Shown in pieces: positions 26,497-35,211 of a DNA stretch of 64,000 bases. Origin of the DNA: Candidatus Moraniibacteriota bacterium (lineage in GTDB: Bacteria > Patescibacteriota > Minisyncoccia > Moranbacterales > UBA1568); assembly GCA_052034935.1 (NCBI GenBank), contig JBPOIB010000001.1, forward strand, positions 74,746 to 138,745. Direction: 5' to 3'. How positions within the stretch are numbered: the stretch's first letter is position 1; every line of letters starts with the position of its first letter. Under the pieces are notes generated by a model. That model had not been told where the DNA came from, did no database searches, and was given only the letters and a program-made list of their open reading frames with translations. Both the position numbers and the translations under genes were made by a program.

Positions 26497-28242
26497 TTAC
26501 TCGGTGATTCGGAAGAGAAGCGCGTCGCTCGTTACCTCAAGCTTTTCCGGCGCAGCATACGGGGCCTTTGCGCTGAGAGCGGAGAAAGAGAAAGAGATGG
26601 TCTGGATAGGGAGGAGTCGATCACCGAAAGCGCCATAATAGCGTCCGAGAGAATCTTCAGCCGCGAGGAGATAGGTGCGGTCGAACTGCGATCGATCGAG
26701 CCGGGCGTAGTCTTCGGGATTGAAGAAATAAACGGCGTTCTTTCCAGAGAGAGAGGAAAGCGGTCCCGCGATGAGCGCGAAGGGATCACCGGATGCGCCA
26801 CGGTCAATCAGAATAAGATCGCGCTCAGTGAAAAGCGCCGCCAGATACTCTGCCTGAGCGAGAAGGCCTCGCTGTTCTCTTGTCTGAATGGCCTGAAGAG
26901 CGGGATAACACTGGAAGGCGAAGAGGATGGTAAAAACAGCGGGAATGACACGGCTTCTCCAGGTATGAGCAGACTGTGCGGCAAGCCCCTCGATGAGGCA
27001 GATAGTCGCGAGGAGAAAGAGTGGAAAGAGTGTGAAGGCGTAGCGTCGGAGGAGCCAGGGATGGTCATCAGAGATATGTCCGTTGATGAGGTAGAGGAAC
27101 GTCGGTGCGGCGATGAGAACGGGTATAAGGAGAGTGAAGCGGCGTTTCATGATGCCGAAGAGGAGCGAGGCGATGCCGAGAATGAAAATAGGGAAGAGGC
27201 CGTAAGAGAAAAGAATCGGACCGAGCGCGGGATCGGAGCTGCTCCCGGCTGCCGCCGTTCCGCTCAGTTCCTGCCAGTACTTGAGCGCCGCTTTGCCGAT
27301 CATGGTGTAGAAGGGCAGGTTCATGAAAAGGTCACGGAGAAAGAGGAGGATGAAGAAAAGCAGTGTCGGGATCACCCAGTGTTTGGGGAGCGCGAAGAGA
27401 TGGGAACGCAGATGAGGTCGCCAGATGAGCAGGAAGAAGGTGATAGCGGCAATGACGAATCCTTCAATCCGTGTCAGGGCGAAGAGAAAGGCTGTAAGAA
27501 TGACGAGCGGGAGAAAGCGAGTATCATTATCACGATCGAGTTTTGTCAGGGCGCCGGCGAGGACGAGATAGAGAAGCAGGGCGAGGTTTTCGGTGAGGGC
27601 GAGCTCGGTAAGCCAGATCGTAATGAATGATGTCGCAAAGAGTCCGGTCCCGTAGAACGCGGAGCGGCGGGACACGAAGAGACAAAGAAGCTCAAAAAAC
27701 GACCAGCCGGAAAGAACGAAGAGAAAAGCGTTTCCGACGAGGAGCCCGTGGATGCCGAACCAGCTGACGAAGAGTGCGAGGTAGCTGGTGTAGCCGAGCG
27801 GAAACTGTGTGATGAGCGCGCCTGATTCCGTATAGGAAAACCCAGGGAAATTGAGCGCTCGTCCGGGTCCGTAGATGTCGAAAAAAACATCCGATGCCGC
27901 GCTTCGGAAAGCGAGCTCATGATTCTCTGCGAGTTCTACGGCAGCGAGACCGATCGAGCCCTGGTCACGGCCGGTGAAGATGCTCGGTTCGGCTCGGAAT
28001 GCGATGATGAATGCAAGGAATGCGAGGCTCGCGAGTAAAAGAAGGCGGCCGTGGTCTTTGGACCGGAAAAGTGCAGTGATGGCTATGCTAGTGGCTCCGA
28101 AAAAGAGGATGAGCGCGAGCGATGCGAAGAGCGGGGAAAACCAACCGAAGAGAGCAAGCGTGAGAGCAAGCATGAGAGCAAGCACAAAACCGGAGAGTGC
28201 GGTCAGCCATGGCGTCCGCAAGAAGGCGGGGAGGAAGTTCAT
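26497..28242 (-). CDS. GT-C superfamily glycosyltransferase (PMT/ArnT-like, ~15 TM)
   Basis: A 581-aa polytopic membrane protein. The first-loop DQGSIGLAAVELAE region and overall topology resemble GT39/GT83 enzymes. Confidence 0.55.
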   Translation of the reverse strand: MNFLPAFLRTPWLTALSGFVLALMLALTLALFGWFSPLFASLALILFFGATSIAITALFRSKDHGRLLLLASLAFLAFIIAFRAEPSIFTGRDQGSIGLAAVELAENHELAFRSAASDVFFDIYGPGRALNFPGFSYTESGALITQFPLGYTSYLALFVSWFGIHGLLVGNAFLFVLSGWSFFELLCLFVSRRSAFYGTGLFATSFITIWLTELALTENLALLLYLVLAGALTKLDRDNDTRFLPLVILTAFLFALTRIEGFVIAAITFFLLIWRPHLRSHLFALPKHWVIPTLLFFILLFLRDLFMNLPFYTMIGKAALKYWQELSGTAAAGSSSDPALGPILFSYGLFPIFILGIASLLFGIMKRRFTLLIPVLIAAPTFLYLINGHISDDHPWLLRRYAFTLFPLFLLATICLIEGLAAQSAHTWRSRVIPAVFTILFAFQCYPALQAIQTREQRGLLAQAEYLAALFTERDLILIDRGASGDPFALIAGPLSSLSGKNAVYFFNPEDYARLDRSQFDRTYLLAAEDSLGRYYGAFGDRLLPIQTISFSFSALSAKAPYAAPEKLEVTSDALLFRITE

Positions 28243-28308
28243 AGTGGCTCTATTATACGCAAAATCAGGTCCGGCTTCAATTTACCAAAGACTCTCAAAG
28301 GCGGTACA

Positions 28309-30786
28309 ATGAAAGAAATACAAAAAGACTGCTCCATGGGCTTTTTTTTCTGGTACTACACGAAAGGGATCGCGGGCATCGCGCATATCGCGCGCGGCTA
28401 TGTTCGCTATGTCTGGCATCGTTTCAATATCGCCGGTCTTTTTCGGACGCTCCTCTCCCCCTGGCATCGCGATGTGAGTTTCCAGACCTGGCGCGGCTTC
28501 CATCCGATCCTTGCGGCGGAAGCGCTCATCAATAACCTCGTGACACGGATACTGGGCGGTGTCATGCGTCTTGCTGTCATCGCTTTCGGTCTGGGCATGA
28601 TGCTTCTCGTTGGTGCGTTGGTACTGGTGCTCTCCGGATTCGCGTTTGTCGCGCCGATCCTTCTCGTCGGAGGTAGCTTCGTGCTTGGTCTCATCCTCGG
28701 AACCGTCTTCGGGATTGCTCTTTTTATCGCCGCGGCGGTCGTTATCTTGGTCGGCGTTCTCGCGTGGCACGAATCGGAACGCAATTCCAAAGACTATACG
28801 CTTGAGCCCGAGCATGCGCCTTGGCGTGACCGGGCGCTTCTCCGACTCGGAATTCCGCCCAAGGAAGTATCGGCCGAAAATATCGCTACGCTTGAGAACC
28901 GGGAAGCATTCCTCACTTCGCGTCGGATCGCGCCCGAGCTTTTCGACCAGGCTTGGGAAGTTGAGCGACAGCGCTATCTCGAAAAAGAGCAGGTAGAACG
29001 CTTCTGGGATTGGGGGCAGCTGAAGAAAGCACCGCGGATTGGTAAGTACTGGTCATATGCTTACACACCGCACCTTGACCATTACGTCATCGATCTCTCC
29101 GAGGGCGATAACTCTAACTATCGCGGTCAGCAGGCGATCGGCCGGGAGAAGACCATCGAGATGCTCGTCCTCACGCTGACTCGCCCGACGGATAACAGCG
29201 CTCTTCTCGTCGGCGATCCCGGTATCGGCAAGCGCACTATCGTGCATGCCCTGGCCGAGCGGATCCGCGAAAACCAGTTTACACACCCTGCGCTCGATGA
29301 AGCGCGCTTCGTCATTTTCGATCTCGGCCAGGTCATCTCGGATGCTCGGAGCCAGGGAACGGACCCGAAGGGTCTCCTCCGTGATCTCCTGAATCAGGTG
29401 GTGTACGCCGGAAATGTCGTCCTCATCATTGAGGGCATCGATATGTTTCTCGATCCGAGCAATGACATGGCGGTCGGGGATGTCCTCAATGACTATCTCT
29501 CTCTCCCGACGTGCCGTATCATCGGGCTGATGACGGGTGAAGCGTATCATACGCTCGGCCAGCGGCAGATTCCCGCGCTCAAGTACTTCGAAACTGTTCA
29601 GGTGCTGGAGCCAACGCGCGAAGACACGATTCGCATCCTGCTCGATACGTTCAAGACGCTTGAGAAAAACCGGCCGGTCTTCACGCTCCAAGCGCTCCAT
29701 GGAATCGTCGAGGGCGCCGAGCGCTACAATTGGGAAATGCCATTTCCGGAGCGGGCGATTGACCTCGCTCAGGAAGTACTCGTCTATTGGGAGAAGCATC
29801 CTGAATTGCCGTTCATCGAGCGAACGATTGTCGAGGACTTCCTTGAGGAAAAATCGGGGATTCCGATGGGAGAGGCGAGCGAGGAAGAGCGCGAGAAACT
29901 TCTCAATCTCGAGTCCCTCCTCCATGAGCGGGTCATCGGTCAGGCGCTCGCCATCAAGCAGATGTCGGAGGCATTCCGGAAAGCACGCTCAGGACTCGGC
30001 AATGACAAGAAGCCGATCGGGTCCTTCCTTTTCCTCGGTCCAACCGGTGTCGGCAAGACGGAGACCGCGAAAGCACTCGCCGCCGTCTATTTCGGTGACG
30101 AGGACCGGATGGTGCGGCTTGATATGAGCGAATTCCAGACACCCCAGTCCATCGATGAGCTCATCGGATCGGCTGAAATGAATGTCCAGGGTCGGATGAC
30201 GACACTCATGAAAGAACACCCGTACTCGATCCTACTCCTTGACGAGCTTGAGAAAGCGTACCCTCGCGCCCTTGACCTTTTCCTTCAGATCCTTGATGAG
30301 GGCTATGTGACGGACGGCTTCGGTCACAAGGTGAATTTCCGGAACGCTATCATCATCGCGACCTCGAATGCGGGTGCTGATATCATCCATGCAGCGACGG
30401 CGGAGGGTCGGTCGATGGTCGATGTTGAGGACGAGCTCATGAGCACGATCATCTCGAAGGGGCTTTTTCGCCCGGAATTCCTCAACCGCTTCGACGGCGT
30501 GATTCTGTTCAATTCGCTTACGGCTGAAGAAATGGAACAGGTCACCGCGCTTAAGCTTCAGGCGTTCGCTGACAAGCTCTACACGGAGAAGAAAATCCAT
30601 CTCTCGTTCACGCCGGAAGCAATCCGTGCGGTTGTAGCGAACGGCTATGAACGCGAGTACGGCGCCCGCTCGATCAATCGCTACATTGCCGATGTCGTGG
30701 AGGATACGATCGTGAAACAGCTTCTCCAGGGTACATTGGTCGAAGGTGCAGAGGTCACCTTCACCGAGGCGGATCTGGCCGAATAG
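28309..30786 (+). CDS. Membrane-anchored Clp/Hsp100-family double AAA+ protein (degenerate D1, canonical D2)
   Basis: The N-terminal ~190 aa carries ~4 TM helices in place of a Clp N-domain. D1 reads IGREKTIEMLVLTLTRPTDNSALLVGDPGIGKRT (Walker A degenerate, K-R-T) with a Walker B-like LIIEGID. D2 is canonical: VIGQALAIKQ…GPTGVGKTETAKALA, LLLDELEKA, sensor ATSNAG. No ClpB M-domain and no IGF/L loop were seen. The start was moved to ATG 28309 (Shine-Dalgarno AAAGG), because the track ORF start overlaps the convergent GT-C gene. Confidence 0.8.
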   Translation: MKEIQKDCSMGFFFWYYTKGIAGIAHIARGYVRYVWHRFNIAGLFRTLLSPWHRDVSFQTWRGFHPILAAEALINNLVTRILGGVMRLAVIAFGLGMMLLVGALVLVLSGFAFVAPILLVGGSFVLGLILGTVFGIALFIAAAVVILVGVLAWHESERNSKDYTLEPEHAPWRDRALLRLGIPPKEVSAENIATLENREAFLTSRRIAPELFDQAWEVERQRYLEKEQVERFWDWGQLKKAPRIGKYWSYAYTPHLDHYVIDLSEGDNSNYRGQQAIGREKTIEMLVLTLTRPTDNSALLVGDPGIGKRTIVHALAERIRENQFTHPALDEARFVIFDLGQVISDARSQGTDPKGLLRDLLNQVVYAGNVVLIIEGIDMFLDPSNDMAVGDVLNDYLSLPTCRIIGLMTGEAYHTLGQRQIPALKYFETVQVLEPTREDTIRILLDTFKTLEKNRPVFTLQALHGIVEGAERYNWEMPFPERAIDLAQEVLVYWEKHPELPFIERTIVEDFLEEKSGIPMGEASEEEREKLLNLESLLHERVIGQALAIKQMSEAFRKARSGLGNDKKPIGSFLFLGPTGVGKTETAKALAAVYFGDEDRMVRLDMSEFQTPQSIDELIGSAEMNVQGRMTTLMKEHPYSILLLDELEKAYPRALDLFLQILDEGYVTDGFGHKVNFRNAIIIATSNAGADIIHAATAEGRSMVDVEDELMSTIISKGLFRPEFLNRFDGVILFNSLTAEEMEQVTALKLQAFADKLYTEKKIHLSFTPEAIRAVVANGYEREYGARSINRYIADVVEDTIVKQLLQGTLVEGAEVTFTEADLAE

Positions 30787-30888
30787 TCCAGTGGTTGCCG
30801 GATCGGCCCGGTACCGGACCTGTTTTGAAAACTAATGGTACGCTGGTACGTAGTAGGTAGAGAAGGTAGCTAAAAATAAAAAAAACAT

Positions 30889-32343
30889 ATGCGCACCGAA
30901 GGTTCACATAAGGCACTAGCGTTTGCGGTCGGGACATTCATGCTGTTCGGGGGTTATTTTGCCTACGCCTCCTATCTCTCGGGGATTCCCAGTACCTTGC
31001 CGTTTATTCAGACCATCTCAGCCAAGGATGGTGAGGATGACAGTAACGATGAGGAGGAAGATGACAATGAGGACGAAGAGAAGGAACAAGAGAAGGCTGA
31101 GAAAGAAAAGGAAAAGGCAGCGGAAAAGAAGAAAAAAGAAGATGAGAAAAAACGAGAGGCTGCCAAGAAGGCCGCTGAACGGTCTTACAAATCTTCGAAT
31201 TCTGGTTCAGGAAGCGGTGTGAAGCTTCGCAGCGACGGAACAGTCGACGATGACTCTTTTGAGGATGAGTCGGAAGATGATGACTATGTGAATGGCGTGA
31301 AGGTCCGTGGTGATGGCAGTGTCGATGATGATGCCGAAGAGAACGAGGTCGGGGATGATCGAATGGAACAGCGTTCGGGCAAGGATGAGCGCGAAGCCAT
31401 GTACAAGGACCGGGAGAAGACGCTCGAGCGTGTGAATGAGAAGATTGCTCAGGCCGAAGAGAAGATACTGGAAAAGCAGGCCGAGGGCGTCGATGTGACG
31501 GCAGCCCTGGCCGAGCTCGAGAAGGCAAAGGCAAAAGTTGCCGGTATTGAATCCGCTTTTGCGACCGGAGCGGTTGTGGATATCAAATCCCTCGTGAAAG
31601 AAGTGGAGCGTCTCGCGCATTTCTCTCGTGGCAAAGTACTGAAGGCTTCGGAGGATGTCGCAAAAGATGTCGCGAAGGTCGCGAAGCGCATCGCTCAGAC
31701 CAAAGAGAAGATTGCTTATCTCAAAGCAATGGGCGGCGATGCGACCAGCTATGAATCGAGCCTGTCGGAGGCAGAATCCGCCTTTGCTGACGCGAAGTCG
31801 AAAATCGCCCTCGGAGGCAGCGACCTCCTCGCGGGCCTGACGTCCTTGGAGATTGTTGAGCGGCGGGTGAAGTCGATCAAGAATTCAGTCGAAGGAGCAT
31901 TGCTCGCTCTCGGAGTTTCCGACGAGGATGAGTTCGAGACCGAGCATGATGAGGATGTCGAGGATGCCTCGGATGATCTCGTCGAACTGGCGGAAGCCGA
32001 TGAGGACCATCTCTCGCTCAAGAATCTCGCCAAGACCCATAAGGAAGAGGCAATCAAAGTCTCTGGTCTCGTCTCTCGGCTCGATGACCGCAGCCGAATC
32101 GTCCGTGGCCTTGTTGGAAACGATTCCGATATCCTGAACGAGCTCCAGAACGAAGTAGCTATTAATGAAGCGCGGATAGCGGCGATGCAGACGGCGGTGG
32201 CCGAGATCGAGGATCAGGACCTGTCTGAACTCATAAATGAGAAGATTGGCGATCTCAAATCTGAGAACGCGAAGCTCGCGAACTTCATTAGTTCTCAGTC
32301 TCTCGAAACCGGAGTCTTTGGCTGGTTCTTCAAATTGTTTTAA
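30889..32343 (+). CDS. Membrane-anchored acidic low-complexity / coiled-coil protein
   Basis: An N-terminal TM, then a D/E/K-rich tract (DGEDDSNDEEEDDNEDEEKEQEKAEKEKEK…) encoded by a purine-rich repeat at ~31020-31160. Two VK(L/V)R(S/G)DG(T/S)VDDD repeats follow, then long heptad-like helices, and a C-terminal GVFGWFFKLF. Confidence 0.6.
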   Translation: MRTEGSHKALAFAVGTFMLFGGYFAYASYLSGIPSTLPFIQTISAKDGEDDSNDEEEDDNEDEEKEQEKAEKEKEKAAEKKKKEDEKKREAAKKAAERSYKSSNSGSGSGVKLRSDGTVDDDSFEDESEDDDYVNGVKVRGDGSVDDDAEENEVGDDRMEQRSGKDEREAMYKDREKTLERVNEKIAQAEEKILEKQAEGVDVTAALAELEKAKAKVAGIESAFATGAVVDIKSLVKEVERLAHFSRGKVLKASEDVAKDVAKVAKRIAQTKEKIAYLKAMGGDATSYESSLSEAESAFADAKSKIALGGSDLLAGLTSLEIVERRVKSIKNSVEGALLALGVSDEDEFETEHDEDVEDASDDLVELAEADEDHLSLKNLAKTHKEEAIKVSGLVSRLDDRSRIVRGLVGNDSDILNELQNEVAINEARIAAMQTAVAEIEDQDLSELINEKIGDLKSENAKLANFISSQSLETGVFGWFFKLF

Positions 32344-32371
32344 AAGAAACAATACTAGAGTGGAAATTAGG

Positions 32372-32394
32372 GGCCCGGATTTTCCGGGCTTTTG
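32372..32394 (+). terminator. Rho-independent terminator
   Basis: GCCCGG-attt-CCGGGC followed by TTTT, after the acidic protein gene. Confidence 0.55.
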
Positions 32395-32451
32395 ATTTAT
32401 AGTAAATTGTTTAAATCTGCTAGAATAAAAAAGCACTATTTTTGAAAAAAT

Positions 32452-32913
32452 ATGAAATTTGTTCAGGTTAGCGTCGGAAAAAAACAAAAAATAGTCATCA
32501 GTCTGTTCGTCATAATACTGATAGTAGTTTTTGCTCTGGTGATAAAGAGAGTCTACGTTGATCGTGATTATCTTTTGATAAATGAGGTTGTGTGCGATCC
32601 CGGTACGGAGACGTGTTTCAAGCGGCTGTGTGAAGAATGCGAGGCGGAAGGCGAAGAATATGAGTTTTATAAAAAACAGTTCGTTTCTGCAAAGAATGTT
32701 TCGATGTGTAACCCGAGCCAAGAAGAATGCTCAGAGCTTATATGTGCTGAAACCGAGGGCTGTCAGGAACAATACTGCGACGAGACAAATGTTCCAGAGG
32801 GCGAGGAGTGTTCTAGTGCCGAAGATGCTTCCTCTGAAGACGAACCGTCTGATACCGAGGGAGAGGTAGATGAGGAAGGTGTCGTTGAATCTCCAGAGAA
32901 TGAAGGAGCTTAA
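32452..32913 (+). CDS. Small membrane-anchored Cys-rich, poly-acidic protein
   Basis: A 153-aa protein with an N-terminal TM, then 10 Cys in a D/E-rich ectodomain (CDPGTETCFKRLCEECEAEGEE…CAETEGCQEQYC…), and an acidic tail EGEVDEEGVVESPENEGA. The gene is ~38% GC, far below its surroundings. Its stop codon lies 3 nt before the ATP-grasp start. Confidence 0.55.
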   Translation: MKFVQVSVGKKQKIVISLFVIILIVVFALVIKRVYVDRDYLLINEVVCDPGTETCFKRLCEECEAEGEEYEFYKKQFVSAKNVSMCNPSQEECSELICAETEGCQEQYCDETNVPEGEECSSAEDASSEDEPSDTEGEVDEEGVVESPENEGA

Positions 32914-32916
32914 TCT

Positions 32917-34212
32917 ATGCGCGTACTGTTCATCTCCCGAGAGCTTGGGGCCTCTGAACTTGTGCTCAAATTGAAGGCCGAGGGCTGTGAAGTGAAGCTC
33001 TACATACAGGACGAGGCGGTTTCAGACTGTCTAGAGGGGATGATTTCAAAGGTAGATGACTGGAAATCAGAGCTTCCTTGGGTCGGAAAAGATGGACTTC
33101 TCGTTTTTGATGATATCGGTTTCGGCGATGACCAATCCAGACTGAGGAAAGAAGGCTATCGGGTTGTTGGCGGAAGTGCTGGCGGCGACCAGATTGAAAT
33201 AAATCGACTGGTTGGAAAGCAGGTGCTCGAAGCGAGTAGTATGCTGGTATTACCAGCTCATACCTTTTCTCATCCCTCTGAAGCGAAAAAATTTCTCCTC
33301 GCGCACGCCGATTCTCGGTGGGTAGTAAAGGTGAACAATGGACATGTGAGCTCCCTCTGTTATATTGGGCAGCTTCAGGATCAGAGCGACCTCCTCGGCA
33401 TTCTCGATTTGTATGAGGAACGAGGGATAAAAGATGTCTACCTCCAGCAGCGTGCGGAAGGAGTGGAGGTAGGGGTGGGCCGCTACTTCAATGGCAACGA
33501 CTGGGTTGGTCCGATTGAGATGAATGTAGAGCACAAATCTCTGATGTCTGGGAATGTCGGACCGAAGACCGCAGAGATGGGAACACTCATGTGGTACGAC
33601 GCTGATGAGAGTAATCCGCTTTTCCTCGCGACACTCTCCCGGCTCAAAAAGCATCTGTCGGACATCGATTTTCGAGGAGATGTCGATATAAATTGTATCG
33701 TAAATGGCGATGGCGTCTGGCCTCTTGAGTTTACGGCGCGATTCGGTAATCCTGCGACGGCACTTCAGATTGAGCTGCACGACTCTCCCTGGGGAGAATT
33801 CTTGTCTGCTATTGCTGACGGGAAGCAGTATGATCTCAAATATAAAAAAGGGTTCGGAATAACAGTCACGCTCGCCGTGCCTCCTTACCCATATTGCTTC
33901 GAGCTTGATTCAGCTGAGACGTCCAAGGGTTTGCCGGTGGCATTCACGAGATTCGTCGCCTCGGAAGAACTCGTTCATTACGGTTTCGAAGAGGTTAGCA
34001 CCGACAGTAAAGGTCGGCTATATATCTCCGGAAGCCGGGGGTGTGTCGCTCATATTTCTGGCCACGGAAAGACTATCGAGTTGGCTCGTAAGGGAGCGTA
34101 TGATCGGGTGAAAAACCTGATTGTCCCAAAATCATTCTATCGAACGGATATTGGTCTGGAGTTCATCGAGCATGACTGCGATAGGCTCAAGCAGTGGGGA
34201 TGGTTAAAATAA
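32917..34212 (+). CDS. PurD-family ATP-grasp ligase, divergent (lacks canonical N-terminal GGGGREHA loop)
   Basis: EFTARFGNPATA… and the C-terminal DIGLEFIE align with PurD EFNCRFGDPETQ… / DIGWRAIE. The ATP-grasp core is present (VVKVNNGHVSS…). The N-terminus (RVLFISRELGASELVLKLKAEGCEV) is not PurD-like. Confidence 0.65.
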   Translation: MRVLFISRELGASELVLKLKAEGCEVKLYIQDEAVSDCLEGMISKVDDWKSELPWVGKDGLLVFDDIGFGDDQSRLRKEGYRVVGGSAGGDQIEINRLVGKQVLEASSMLVLPAHTFSHPSEAKKFLLAHADSRWVVKVNNGHVSSLCYIGQLQDQSDLLGILDLYEERGIKDVYLQQRAEGVEVGVGRYFNGNDWVGPIEMNVEHKSLMSGNVGPKTAEMGTLMWYDADESNPLFLATLSRLKKHLSDIDFRGDVDINCIVNGDGVWPLEFTARFGNPATALQIELHDSPWGEFLSAIADGKQYDLKYKKGFGITVTLAVPPYPYCFELDSAETSKGLPVAFTRFVASEELVHYGFEEVSTDSKGRLYISGSRGCVAHISGHGKTIELARKGAYDRVKNLIVPKSFYRTDIGLEFIEHDCDRLKQWGWLK

Positions 34213-34221
34213 AAGGACCCT

Positions 34222-35184
34222 ATGATTGAATATCATCAATGGCTGCTTGTGGCTTTCATCGCGCCGACGCTCTGGGCCATCACGAATATCATTGATGTAT
34301 ATTTTGTCGAGTCGATATACCGTGACGAGTATGATGGAGCGATCATCTCCGGTCTCTTCCAGATTCTTCCGTGGATTTTTGTGCCGATTGGCCTTATTTC
34401 ATTCGCGCTCTCTGAGTATCAGGCAACCCCACTTTTCTTTGCCGGGTTCTTCTATATTACCGCTCTCTTCTTCTTCTTTCGCTGCTTGTTCAGACAAAAC
34501 GACGCTTCCCTCATCCAGATCCTCTGGAATCTGAATGTCCCGCTCACTCTCTTCGCCAGCTGGCTTTTGTGGCAATCGCCGCTCCACCCTGTACAGTACG
34601 TCGGCTGTGCGCTTGTATTTCTGGGAGTTTGCGCGCTGACAATAAAGGGCCAAGTACCGTTCGCTATGATTCGGTCCGTCGCCCTTCCGGTCTCTGGCGC
34701 CATTGTGTTCCTCACACTCAGTATGCTGCTTTCTGGATATGGCTACGATCGTAGCACCGGCAATTTCTTTGGTTCGTACCTTCTCTTTTCACTTGGTTCT
34801 TTCGCTGCCGCCATTGGGCTGACGCTTATCCGAATGCTGTCCCGGAGATCATCACAGGAGGCGCATACTGTTGCTCATCTCGCTAGGCTTTCCTCAAAGT
34901 ACTTCATCGTTTTTTTTCTAGCTGAGCTTTTGGCGCTCTTCGGCACGATTGCTTCTCAGCGGGCACTTGATTTGAGTCCCTCAGTCGGTCTTGTGGCGAC
35001 CATAGAAAGTTTGACCCCGGCGATCATTATTCTCCTCAGTATTATCCTGGCTCTGACCATGAAAGTATTCCGGCCAGACGATGCTCGATGGGGTAAGCTC
35101 CTTCAGGAACAGACATTCGGGATGAAGGCCAAAATCATTTCCACGGTTATTATTGCTGTAGGTATCTACTGTATTGCCCGCTAG
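34222..35184 (+). CDS. 10-TM membrane protein, DMT/EamA-like transporter (putative)
   Basis: Two 5-TM halves typical of the drug/metabolite transporter superfamily. No other motif was seen. Confidence 0.45.
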   Translation: MIEYHQWLLVAFIAPTLWAITNIIDVYFVESIYRDEYDGAIISGLFQILPWIFVPIGLISFALSEYQATPLFFAGFFYITALFFFFRCLFRQNDASLIQILWNLNVPLTLFASWLLWQSPLHPVQYVGCALVFLGVCALTIKGQVPFAMIRSVALPVSGAIVFLTLSMLLSGYGYDRSTGNFFGSYLLFSLGSFAAAIGLTLIRMLSRRSSQEAHTVAHLARLSSKYFIVFFLAELLALFGTIASQRALDLSPSVGLVATIESLTPAIIILLSIILALTMKVFRPDDARWGKLLQEQTFGMKAKIISTVIIAVGIYCIAR

Positions 35185-35211
35185 AGGGTAAAATCTGTTA
35201 AAATATAAAGT

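Noticed and set aside
28051-28308. Upstream 86 codons of the track ORF 28051-30786
   Set aside because: This stretch overlaps the 3' end of the convergent GT-C gene on the other strand. An internal ATG at 28309 has an AAAGG Shine-Dalgarno and starts directly at the hydrophobic N-terminus, so the CDS was trimmed.
29053-29925. 290-aa minus-strand ORF inside the Clp-like gene
   Set aside because: It is entirely antisense to a gene with unmistakable AAA+ motifs. It has no Shine-Dalgarno and an Arg/Leu-rich composition typical of antisense frames in GC-rich coding DNA.
30800-30830. Palindrome CCGGTACCGG after the Clp-like gene as a terminator
   Set aside because: A self-complementary 10-mer cannot form a stable hairpin loop, and the following T-run is short. 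It was not called.
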